From assembly GCF_902713615.1 (NCBI RefSeq), contig NC_052163.1, positions 51,198,878 to 51,262,877 on the forward strand: 64,000 bases of DNA, given 5' to 3'. Positions 1 through 11,281 of this stretch are shown piece after piece. The stretch is from Scyliorhinus canicula. Lineage: Eukaryota. The notes beneath the pieces were generated by a model that worked only from the letters and a program-made list of their open reading frames with translations, made no database searches and had not been told where the DNA came from. Within the stretch, counting starts at the first letter, position 1. Each line of letters opens with the position of its first letter. The position numbers and the translations under genes were made by a program.

Positions 1-174
1 CTGCAGTCAGAATCGCAGTGAAGCAGTCTGGGAATGGTGTCCTGCAGTCAGCATCACAGTGAAGTAGTATGTGAATGGTGTCCTGCAGTCAGCATCACAG
101 TGAAGCAGTATGTGAATGGTGTCCTGCAGTAAGCATCATAGTGAAGCAGTATGTGAATGGTGTCCTGCAGTCAG
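1..174. repeat. 41-bp minisatellite, at least 4.2 copies, running off the left edge
   Basis: CTGCAG recurs at 1, 42, 83, 124 and 165. Unit is approximately ctgcagtcagcatcacagtgaagcagtatgtgaatggtgtc. Confidence 0.95.
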
Positions 175-479
175 TTCTGGTTTAAAGAAATAACTGCGAA
201 GCACCAGGAAGAAGTAAATGGTAAGAGGAGTATCTTTTAAGAATGTGTAATTTGTAAAATTAGCAAGTTGGATGAAGCACATTTTAAGTTTCAGACATTG
301 CAGGTGAGGATAGCTGAGTGGAATGTGTGACCCGTCCTTTGTGGACCGTACCGGCATCCTAGATGACCTCATTATAGGAGGTGCTCCCGATTGCAAAACC
401 TTGAGCTCTGGGATTCGAATCTGGGTGGGAGTCAGTTTTCCTGGCATAACATACCACCATGTTTATGTCAGCATGGGGA

Positions 480-1269
480 CTTAGTCTACAGAATGGAGAA
501 TCCAGCCCCGGATCTCTGAAGTTTAATTTAGGGCGTGAGGAGGTATTGAAGGTTTTTGGCAGGCTTAAAAGTGAACAAATCCCCAGGTCCAAATGAGTTG
601 TATCCCAGGCTGCTGTGGGGCTCTGAACCAAATTTCTAATTTCTCTCTCCCACAAGGGAGGTGCAGAGGACTGGAGAACAGCTAATGTGGTTCCACTTTT
701 CAAGAAGGGTGGTAGAGTTGAACCAGGGAATTATAGACAAGTGTGTCTCACATCAGTGGCAGGGAAACTATTAGAGAAAACTTGAAGGAGTGAATTAATC
801 TCCATGTGGAGAGGCAAGGGTTAATCAGGGATAGTCAGTATGGCTTTGTCAGAGGCATGTCATGTCTAACGAATTTGATTGACGTTTTCGAGGAGGTGAT
901 CAGGTGTGTAGATGAGGCTAGTGTAGTTGATATAGTTTATATGGGTTTCAGCAAAGCCTTTGGCAGTGTCCCACATGGGAGACTGACAAAGAAGGTAATA
1001 GCACATGGGATCCAGGGAAACATGGCAAATAGGATCAAAAATTAGCTTAGCTGTAGGAGACAAAGGGTGGTGGTAGTCGGCTGTTTGTGTGACTGGAAGC
1101 CAGTGTCCAGTGGCGTCCACAGGGATCAGCACTAGGTCCCTTATTATTTGTGATAATATATATACAGTATTCATAAACAATATAGATGAGAATGTAGGGG
1201 GGGAGGGGGGATGATAAGTAAGTTTGCAGATAACACAAAAATTGGCAGGGTGGTTAATAGTGAGGAAGA
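480..1269 (+). mobile_element. Old degenerate CR1 LINE ORF2 (RT), left part
   Basis: Contains DSQYGFVRGMSCLTNL..VDIVYMGFSKAF and GVHRDQH/KFAD-like motifs with many stops. It continues at about 5071, after a younger insertion. Confidence 0.85.
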
Positions 1270-4200
1270 AGATAGAACATAGAACATTACAGCGCAGTAC
1301 AGGCCCTTCGGCCCACGATGTTGCACCGTCCTGTGAAACCCTTCTAAAGTCCCTCTACACTATTCCCTTATCGTCCATATGCCTATCCAATGACCATTTG
1401 AATGCGTTTAGTGTTGGCGAGTCCACTACTGTTGCAGGCAGGGCATTCCACGCCCTTACTACTCTCTGAGTAAAGAACCTACCTCTGACATCTGTCCTTT
1501 ATCTATCTCCCCTCAATTTAAAGCTATGTCCCCTCGTGCTGGACATCACCATCCGAGGAAAAAGGCTCTTGATGTCCACCCTATCTAATCCTCTGATCAT
1601 CTTGTATGCCTCAATTAAGTCCCCTCTTAACCTTCTTCTAACGAAAACAGCCTCAAGTCCTTCAGCCTTTCCTCATATGATCTTCCCTCCATACCAGGCA
1701 ACATTCTTTTAAATCTCCTCTGTGCCCTTTCCAATGCTTCCACATCCTTCCTATAATGTGGCGACCAGAATTGCACACAATACTCCAAATGCGGGCGCAC
1801 CAGAGTTTTGTACAACTGCAACATGACCTCATGGCTCCGAAACTCAATTCCTCTACTAATAAAAGCTAACACACCGTACGCCTTCTTAACAACCCTCTCA
1901 ACCTGGCTGGCAACTTTCAGGGATCTATGGACATGGACACTGAGATCTCTCTGCTCGTCCACACTACCAAGAATCTTACCATTAGCCCAGTACTCTGCCT
2001 TTCTGTTATTCCTTCCAAAATGAAACACCTCACACTTTTCTGCATTAAACTCCATTTGCCACCTGTCAGCCCAGCTCTGCAGCTTATCTATGTCCCTCTG
2101 TAACTTGTAACATCCTTCTGCACTGTCCACAACGCCACCGACTTTAGTGTCATCTGCAAATTTACTCACCCATCCTTCTACGCCCTCCTCCAGGTCATTT
2201 ATAAAAATGACAAACAGCAACGGCCCCAAAACAGATCCTTGTGGCACACCACTAGTAACTGGACACCAGTCAGAGCATTTCCCATCAACCACCACTCTTT
2301 GTCTTCTATCAGCTAGCCAATTTCTGATCCAAACTGCTAAATCACCCTGAATCCCATGCCTCTGTATTTTCTACAATAGCCTACCGTGGGGAACCTTATC
2401 AAACGCTTTACTGAAATCCATATACACCACATCAACTGCTTTACCCTCATCCACCTGTTTGGTCACCTTCTTGAAGAACTCAATGAGGTTTGTGAGGCAC
2501 GACCTTCACAAAACTATGTTGACTATCTCTAATCAAATTATTCCTTTCCAGATGATCATACATCCTATCTCTTATAAACCTTTCCAAGACTTTTCCCACA
2601 ACAGAAGTAAGACTCACTGGTCTATAGTTACCGGGGTTATCTCTACTCCTCTTCTTGTACAAGGGGACAACATTTGCTATCCTCCAGTCCTCTGGCACTA
2701 TTCCTGTAGACAAAGATGACTTAAAGATCAAAGCCAAAGGCTCAGCAATCTCCTCCCTAGCTTCCCAGAGAACCTTAGGATAAATCCCATCCAGCCCAGG
2801 GGACTTATCTATTTTCACACTTTCCAGAATCGCTAACACCTCCTCCTTATGAACCTCAAGCCCTTCTAGTCTAGTAGCCTGTATCTCAGTATTCTCCTCG
2901 ACAACTTTGTCTTTTTCCTGTGTGAATACTGACGAAAAATACTCATTTAGCACCTCTCCTATCTCCTCGGACTCTACGCACAACTTTCCACTACTGTCCT
3001 TGACTGGCCCTACTCTTACCTTAGTCATTCTTTTATTCCTGACATACCTATAGAAAGCTTTAGGGTTATCCTTGATCCTACCTGCCAAAGACTTCTCATG
3101 TCCTCGCTTGGCTCTTCTTAGCTCTCTCTTTAGAGCCTTCCTAGCTAACTTGTAACTCTCAAGCGACCCAACTGAATCATCACGTCTCATCTTCACATAA
3201 GCCTCCTTCTTCCTCTTGACAAGTGATTCGACTGCTTTAGTAACCCATGGTTGCCTCACTCGACCACTTCCTCCCTGCCTAACAGGTACATACTTATCAA
3301 GGACATGCAGTAGCTGTTCCTTGAACAAGCTCCACATTTCCATTGTGTCCATCCCCTGCAGTTTTCCTCTCCAGGCGATGCATCCTAAGTCTTGCCTCAT
3401 CGCATCATAATTGCCTTTCCCCCAGCAATAACTCTTGCCCTGCGGTTTATACCTATCCCTTTCCATCGTTAAAGTAAACGTAATCGAATTGTGGTCACTA
3501 TCACCAAAATGCTCACCTACCTCCAAATCTAACACCTGTCCTGGTTCATTACCCAGTACCAAATCCAATACGGCCTCGCCTCTTGTTGGCCTATCTACAT
3601 ACTGCATCAGGAAACCCTCCTGCACACATTGGACAAACACAGATCCATCTAAAGTACTCGAACTATAGTGTTTCCAGTCAATATTTGGAAAGTTAAAGTC
3701 CCCCATAACAACTACCCTGTTATTTTCGCTCCTATCCAGAATCATCTTTGCAATCCTTTCCTCTACATCTCTGGAACTTTTCGGAGGCCTATAGAAAAGC
3801 CCTAACAGGGTGACCTCTCCTTTCCTGTTTCTTAACTCAGCCCATACTACCTCAGTATTCGAGTCCTCATCAAATGTCCTCTCAGCCACCGTAATACTGT
3901 CCTTGACTAACAATGCCACCCCACCCCACCTTCCTTCCTGCCGGTACACTCCTGCAACTTTGAAACCTTACTCATGACCTCACTACTCTCAGCTTCTTGT
4001 GTACTGGAGCTACAATTCAGGTTCCCAATCCCCTGCTGAACTAGTTTAAACCCTCCTGAAGAGCATTAGCAAACTTCCCCCTGAGGATATTAGTACCCCT
4101 CTGGTCCAGGTGTAGACCATCCCGTTTGTAGTGGTCCCACCTACCCCAGAATGAGCCCCAATTGTCCAGGAATCTGAAACCCTCCCCCCTGCACCATTCC

Positions 4201-5070
4201 TGCAGCCACGTGTTCAACTGCTCTCTCTCCCTATTCCTTGACTCGCTAGCACGTGGCACGGGTAACAACCCAGAGATAATAACTCTGTTTGTTCTAGCTC
4301 TAAGTTTCCACCTTAGCTCCCTGAATTCCTGCCTTACACCCCTATCCCTTTTCCTACCTATGTCGTTGGTACCTATGTGGACCACGACTTGGGACTGCTC
4401 CCCCTCCCCTTAAGGATCCCGAAAACACGATCTGAGACATCGCGGACCCTGGCACCTGGGAGGCAACACACCAACCTCGAGTCTCTCTCGTTCCCACAGA
4501 ATCTCCTATCTATCCCCCTAACTATGGAGTCTCAAATGACTAATGTTCTACTCCTTTCCCCCTTCCCTTCTGAGCAACAGGGACAGACTCTGTGCCAGAG
4601 ACCTGTACCCCATGGCTGACCCCTGGTAAGTCCCCCCCCCCAACAGTATCCAAAGCGGTATACCTGTTACTAAGGGGAATGACCACAGGGGATCCCTGTA
4701 CTGACTGCTTACCCCCAGCCCCTCTCACCGTCACCCATCCATCTTTATTCTTTGGTGTAACTACTTCCCTGAAGCTTCTATCTGCCTCCCGAATGATCCA
4801 AAGTTCATCCAGCTCCAGCTCCAGTTCCCTAACACGGTTTTTGAGGAGCTGGAGTTGGGTGCACTTCCCACAGATGAAATCAGCAGGGACACTGACGGCG
4901 TCCCTCACCTCAAACATTCTGCAGGAGGAGCATTGTGCTGCCTTCCCTGACATCACCTCCAGATTTAAAAAAAACAAGAAAAGGAAAGGAAGAGCTTACC
5001 TGATATTCCCTCAAACCCTGCTCCCGCTGAAAGGTAAGCAAATTTAAAGGCACTCACTTACCTTCATGAC
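1270..5070 (-). mobile_element. Near-full-length CR1 LINE: ORF1 (zinc finger/leucine zipper plus SGNH esterase, about 4041-4953) and ORF2 (APE endonuclease plus RT, frameshifted, N-terminus deleted)
   Basis: ORF1 motifs: CSSC...CGKC, LELELDEL, VHIGTND, DGLHL. ORF2 motifs: GDFN, SDH, NYRPVSLTS, GVPQGSVLGP, FADD, LVRPHLEYCVQFW. The 3' end has a (TGTTCTA)n tail at about 1272-1285. Confidence 0.95.
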
Positions 5071-5925
5071 AGGTCTTAGGTTGCAGGAAGATACAGACGA
5101 GTTGATCAGACGGGCAGATCGGTGGCAGATGGGATTTAACCCTGAAAATTTTGAGGTTTTGCACTTTGGAAGGAGTAACAAGAGAAGAGAGTACTCAATG
5201 AATGGCAGGACACTAGGAAGGTCAGTGGGATCTTGGTGTGCTTGCCCACAAATCCCTGAAAGCGGCTGGACAGGTTAGTAGGCTACTTAAGAAGACATAT
5301 GGGACAGATGCCTTTATCAGTCATGGCATAGATGATAAACACAGGAAGGTTATGTTCGAGCCGTACACAACTTTGGTTATGCCATGTCTGGAGTACTTGT
5401 TCAGTTCAGTTTTGGGAATGATGTGGTTATGCTGTAGAGGGTGCAGAGGAGATTCAATACGTTGTTGCCTGGGATGGTGCATTTGAGCTATGATGAGAGG
5501 ATGGATACGCTCGGGTAGGTTTCTTTCAAATAGAGAAGGCTTGGGGAGACCTGATGGAGATGTATATGACTATGAGGGGTATAGACAGGGTGGAAGGAAG
5601 CAGCTGTTCCCCTTAGTTGAAGGGTCAATAACAAGTTGCATTATTTTAAGATGAAAGGCAGGCAGGAGGTTTGGAGGGCACTTGAGGAAAGATGTTTTTC
5701 ACTCCGACTTTGGTGGGAGTCAGGAATGCACTTTCGGGAGGGTAGTAGAAGCAGGAAACCTCACAACATTTAAGAAGTACGTGGCTGAGCATGTGAAATG
5801 TGATAACATTCAAGACTATGCACCAGTGCTGGAAAGTGGGATTACTGTAGGTTTAGTGTAGGTTTGTCGGTACAGACTCAATGGGTCGAAGGGCCCCCTC
5901 TGTACTGTATGGCTTTATGACTCTG
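5071..5925 (+). mobile_element. Old degenerate CR1 LINE ORF2, right part and 3' tail
   Basis: Resumes with LRLQEDTDELIRRADRWQMGFN, collinear with 480-1269, and ends in the gggtcgaagggcc...ctgtactgta tail. Confidence 0.85.
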
Positions 5926-6237
5926 TGATTATGTTCAGTCGAATAGATAGCAATAATATACTGAAGAACAAGTCCAGAACATACGTGGGCAGAGACAGTT
6001 TTACACCTGCACTATCTCTACTTATTTTGAGCAGTTTTAATGTGCCTTTACAAAGCAAAAATATATCTCAGCCAGGAATAGAGATGTACATCAGAGCATG
6101 GAATCGAAGGCTCCTCTCTGACAGCTTAATTATGTTTGGATGGTCTCATCTAGGTACTAAACAGATGCAATGAACTAAGCTGCTCACAGTGGAACCAAAG
6201 GAAATAAAATCAGCAAATCCACAGTTTCACATAACCT

Positions 6238-6690
6238 TTATAGAACAGAAGGAAGCTATTTGGCCCATCAAATCAACACTAGCTGTCTGAAAGAGCATTC
6301 TATCTCACCACATTCTTATCCCCTTGACGTTGCACATTCTTTCTTTCCAGATAGCAATCCAATTCCCTTTTAAACATCCCAACGAATCTGCCTCCACCAT
6401 CTTCTCAGGCGGTTCGTTCCAGACTCCAACCCTCTGAGTGAAAAATATTTTCCTCACTTTAACTATTTTTGCCATTGAGCGGGACGTTTCTCAATATTTG
6501 CCCTGTCCATATCCCTCAGGATCTTGAATACATCTATCAAGTCTCCTCTCAATCTTTTCTCCATGGAAAACTGTCCAACCACTCCAATTTATACTCATAG
6601 CTGCAGTTCTAAATCCTTGGAATCATTGCGTTCACATCCTTCCTCAAGTAGGACTCAGAACTGGATTCAGTACTACAGATGAGGCCAGGG
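6238..6690 (-). mobile_element. Highly diverged CR1 3' fragment
   Basis: Has the reverse-complement CR1 tail (agaaggaagctatttggcccatc) and the reverse complement of a HLxYxIQF-like motif at about 6655-6685. Confidence 0.65.
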
Positions 6691-7254
6691 TGCTGATGGT
6701 CTTTGTAGGTGGCGATCTTCACTGATTTGGTGCTCAGTGTGGAAAATACACTGTGATCAGCAGGAGAGGTACTTTTGCAAAGCTAAATTTCGGGCACAAC
6801 TGTTGGCCAACAGTTAATCAGGTTTTATTGCCCCATGACACATTTGGAGTGCCATACAAATTCTTGATAACATAGTTCAGTAGCCTGAGCAGACGTGCTT
6901 TCCATTTCCCAGAAAAGTCAGGGGGAAAGGGGCAGAGCAGCAATCTCCGACTCCACCCGATCTCATCTCTATCCTCCCCCTCGATCACTCTTCTGAACAC
7001 CTCCTAGTTGTAAGCTGGTTGTCATTCTAAAGATTTTGAAATCCCTTTTGTTGTTGATTTCAGCAAGACATCAAAGGAGCATTAAGTTGTGATTTTCCCA
7101 TCCAGAATCTCTCTTGCTAAACTCTCACTCTCCCACAAATATCTGGGCCAGAGTTTTCATGTAAACATCTACACTTTGTGTAATTCAACCGCACATGCTC
7201 TTTCTCTCTCAACTGAAACATGTTCATGTAAAATACACCAAGGTAGCAATTTTT

Positions 7255-7745
7255 AAAAGTTTCATTCATGAGATGTGGTATTGCTGGCTCGGTCAGAATT
7301 TAATGCCCATCCGTAATATGCCCTTGAACTGAATGACGTGCTAAGCTATTTCAGAGAGCATTCTCTGTAGCAACATTGCTGTGGGTCTGGAGTCACATGT
7401 GCGCCAGAGCAAGTAAGGGTGGCAGATTTCCGTCCCTGAAGGACATTAGGGAACCGGATGTTTTTTTTATGACAATGACTTTTAATTACAGGTTTTCTTT
7501 TATTGAAATTAAATTTCATCATCTGCATTGGTGGGAATTTAACCCAGGTCCCCAGTGTATTAACTTGGGTTTCTGTATTACTTCTCCAGTGATAATACCA
7601 CAATGCCATTGCCTCCCCAAAGACCTGGATTCATATCCCACCACAGCAGATGGTGAAATATGAAATTAATTGAAAAAAATTTGGAATTAAAAATCTAATG
7701 GCAACCATGAAACTATTGCCATAAAAAACCATCACTAATGTCCCT
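7255..7745. mobile_element. Old SINE/LINE-tail remnants in opposite orientations (same family as 58570-58900)
   Basis: Shares the motifs catgagatgtgg..gctggc, gcccttgaactga, ggagtcacatgt and atcccaccac..gatggtgaaat with other copies in the window. Confidence 0.55.
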
Positions 7746-7987
7746 AGACAAGATTAAAGAAGTGGTCATTGTAAAGATCCTCATCTTTAAATCTTGCTTT
7801 CCTGTGTAATATTCTTTATATTCTGTTAAACTGGATTCCACCATTCTGCAGACTTTCCTTTAAAACTATAGATTTTGGTTTTAAATTGAACCCCCCCCCC
7901 CCCCCCCCCCCCCCGGTCCACTGTGTATTTTGGACTGGCTCCAAGCACTCCTTTCAGTGCAGTGTGCTATGTGGCATTGTCCAGTGA

Positions 7988-9055
7988 TGTTATTTTGGTG
8001 GACTTGGCTCGCAGCCAATCAACTCTTCTGAAATTTCGGGACTTATCCAGTTAATAATTTTGATTAGTAGATTGCTTCAGAAGACTCTGGAAGAAGGGGA
8101 GTAGACTCCATCTTGCATTCAGTTCTGCTTAGCCCTGGACAGCAGATGGGGCAGGTTTAAACACTCTCTCTATCAGCTAAGGCAGGCGATTTAAAACACT
8201 CTGTATCGGTTACGGCTGGTGATTTGAAACACTTTCCTGTCAGACCTGTGAAAGTTTAACCTCTGATTAAAAGGCTGCAGATATTCTCTGTAGCCACGTC
8301 TGTGAAAGCTTAACCTCTGTTTGAAAGGCAGAGGAAGGAACAATGCTGATTGCTCTCTCCTGACACCTCTAAAGGTCTGGAAGAAAATACCACTTTTCCC
8401 TCTTCACTACAATTAATCTTGATCTGCAGAAAGAACAGATAAGCATTCAAGAGGCAGAATGGATGAACAACCCTCTTTAAATTCTCAGGCAGAGAATTCT
8501 AAGATTGACTGGGTGAGACTGAGGGCCAATCTGGTAGAGGTCAGTCAACTGAAAGTGACTCCCCAGAGGACATTTAGTAGCCTGCAGGTTCTAATTGAAG
8601 GCACAAACTAGAGGGGTTGATCCAACTGGTGGATTTCAACACTTCAAGCCTGAGAAGACTGCCGTCTACGTCATAACCTCAGCAGCGAAGATACGCATCT
8701 CTCATTCCCAGTTTAATCACCATTATTATGATCCTTCTCTACCTCCACTGTGTGTCTGTCTCATGTGTGTATGTTTGTGTGTGTGCGTGGGTGGAAGGTG
8801 GGATGGTGTTGGTGGAATAATTAGATTTTCAGACCATTTTTCTATTATTACCATTACATGTTTGTCTACTCTTGTTATAAGTAAAGTTTTTTTTAAATGT
8901 TTTACCTACAAATCTGCTGCCTGTAAATCACTGGAGCAGTCAAGTGTCAAATATCCCAGAAAACCTATACAGATTATTAGTTAATTCACCTATGTTGGGA
9001 CTCTGGGGTCTGTGGGGCTGGAATTGACCGGGCGTCAGCCCATGGTGTCGGAACA
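7988..9055 (+). mobile_element. Probable solo LTR (about 1.07 kb)
   Basis: TGTT...AACA termini, internal ~35-bp and ~55-bp direct repeats at 8155-8330, and a TG-rich U5-like end. The target-site duplication is poor (gtga/gtat). Confidence 0.5.
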
Positions 9056-9681
9056 GTATTTGTTGGCAAACATGATCACTGGAAGTTTGTTTCCAAAATG
9101 TGAAAAAAATTATTTAGAAAATCATTTGTCGGAGAAGAATCCTATTTAGTCGTCATAGAGAGTTGGTTTTTGTTGTTTCAAACATTTCAGTACATGCTGA
9201 ATAGCTTAATCACTGACATCTAAAATGACACTTTCTTTTTGCAATCATTTCACTATCATTATACGCTCATGATTTTTTAAATTTAAATGTTCCTCAATCC
9301 AGTCACTAAATATCAAAACTATAATCACATCAATTCAAAGTTATTATCTATTACAGAATACCTACCAACGAAACCCAATTGTATAAAAGATTGATCTTGC
9401 AAATGCGTGCTCCTTAACTCCGATCATTATCCCAAGTTTGGGGTACAGAAGTCTGTCAAGGCTTCTTTCACTGTTACTTAGATTGGTAGACAGGGCAGAA
9501 GATGAGTTTCTATGAGGCAACGTTTGTTTCTTGTTGGGTTTGCCTCCTCACTCACTGCACAGCATGTGTCAATCGTGCACCCATTCCCTGGGAAAGCAAA
9601 TGAAGTAAACCTCTACAACCCAGGAGAAGCAGTGCTGGATATAATCATTTATATTTGTTCTGAGGGAACCTGTGTTCTGAA

Positions 9682-9870
9682 AGGGGCTGGTTTAGCACAC
9701 AGCTAAATCGCTGGCTTTGAAAGCAGACCAAGGTAGGCCAGCAGCACGGTTCAATTCCCGTACCAGCCTCCCCGAACAGGTGCCGGAATGTGGTGACTAG
9801 GGGCTTTTCACAGTAACTTCATTTGAAGCCTACTCGTGACAATAAGCGATTTTCGTTTTTCATTTCATTC
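9682..9870 (+). mobile_element. Short tRNA-derived SINE (same family as 54240-54435)
   Basis: Head ggggctggtttagcac, B-box ggttcaattccc, body ggaatgtggtgactaggggcttttcacagtaac, and a (TTTCA)n tail. Confidence 0.85.
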
Positions 9871-10805
9871 GAAAGCAACATGGAAAATCTACTGAAGGCA
9901 CCAATCTTGCTCCCATCTATATTAGAGCCTTAAAATGAACCGTGAGCAATGCAATTAAGCGGCTGAATTAAAGTCCTTCTTGCTTAAAGCCTCTAGAAAA
10001 CCTTCACAAAAGGCATCAGGCATGATTGGGAAAGAAAAGGAAGCCTGTATTGAGGAAGAGTCGTGACTGGGGCCTGGTGATGAGAAGGGATGTAGGTTTG
10101 ATATCATATTTTGTGCAGATAATATAATTTATTTTGTATAGTTATTTAACATGCCATATTTGTTTGCAATATATTTCAAGAGAATAGCTGCTTTCTGTGC
10201 TGTAACTATTTTCTCATTTTATATAACTATACAATTTGACTTGACTCTTTCACTGTTGTAAGAATAAGACATTAAACTTAAAACAAGATTTGGACTCCCA
10301 AAGTATGCCAGATGCTCAGCCATTAGCTACCAAGGCATCTAGATCCTTGTATCACCTCCTTGATGTTTTGATTCTGAGTCATATTTCAGACCAACATCTG
10401 TCATTTTCACTGAATAGGTTCCAAAAGCCACAGACCCATTAAACTTGTGAACATCTATGAAATACTGTGGTTCTTATGAACTTCAACAATTCCAAAGTGT
10501 ATACATCTATATTTTATACAGTAAGGCCTTGGAAGTGAGTTCCTGAGAAAAACTAGCCAGGTTACCCACGTTTGATCATAAAACAGCAGGGATGTGTATC
10601 ATGTTTGTGTATGACAGCCATAGTCAATACATTGCAGAAACAGGCTGCCTGAAACGTGTCTATGTATACACATCAATAAAGGACACACTGGTAGGCCTGA
10701 TTATAATGCCCTCATCAGGCATGTTAGTTGTTGATTCAAGCCATGTTGACACTTGGATGAAGGTTTCTTGGGCACGGCTGGATCCATACCCAATGTAAAC
10801 TAGAT

Positions 10806-11281
10806 GAGTGCAATCTAAGCGTCGCACTGTGCCCAACTTGGGACGCAACGCGACTGGTAAATACCTGGCTCGTCATGCTTCGCGAGATCCAATGAGATCT
10901 CACGGGATGTCGCAATCTGGACGGGACCTAAATTTTGATATTCAAGTGAGCAGTTCGGCTCACTTGAATGTGTCAAAGCCGGATCTTCCCAGCTCCCGGG
11001 ATTGAATCCCCTTGGTTTTGAGACTCCAATCGGGCGCCGTTTAGCACTGGTCTCCACAAATGTGCACCAGGCAGAATGACACTTGGGAGGTCTCCCAGGC
11101 GATCTGAGGCCTCTGGGTGATGGGCTTCTGGGCATTTTGGTACCATTGCACTGCTGATGCCACCCAGGTACATTGACACTGGCACCTTGGCACTGCCAGT
11201 CTAATACCTTGGCACTGCCAGCGTGGTAGTGCCACAGTACCCAGGTGGAATCTTGACCATTCCAGGGATTGAACCTGGGTG
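10806..11281. mobile_element. GC-rich TIR element (MITE-like), left part; the right part is 15836-15941 (split by a CR1)
   Basis: Collinear with the uninterrupted copy at 38606-39416. Ends gagtgcaatctaa and ttacattgtgccc form imperfect inverted repeats. Confidence 0.75.

Noticed and set aside
9682-9765. tRNA genes at SINE heads
   Set aside because: The A/B-box heads continue directly into SINE bodies and tails and occur in many diverged copies; I see no complete cloverleaf.
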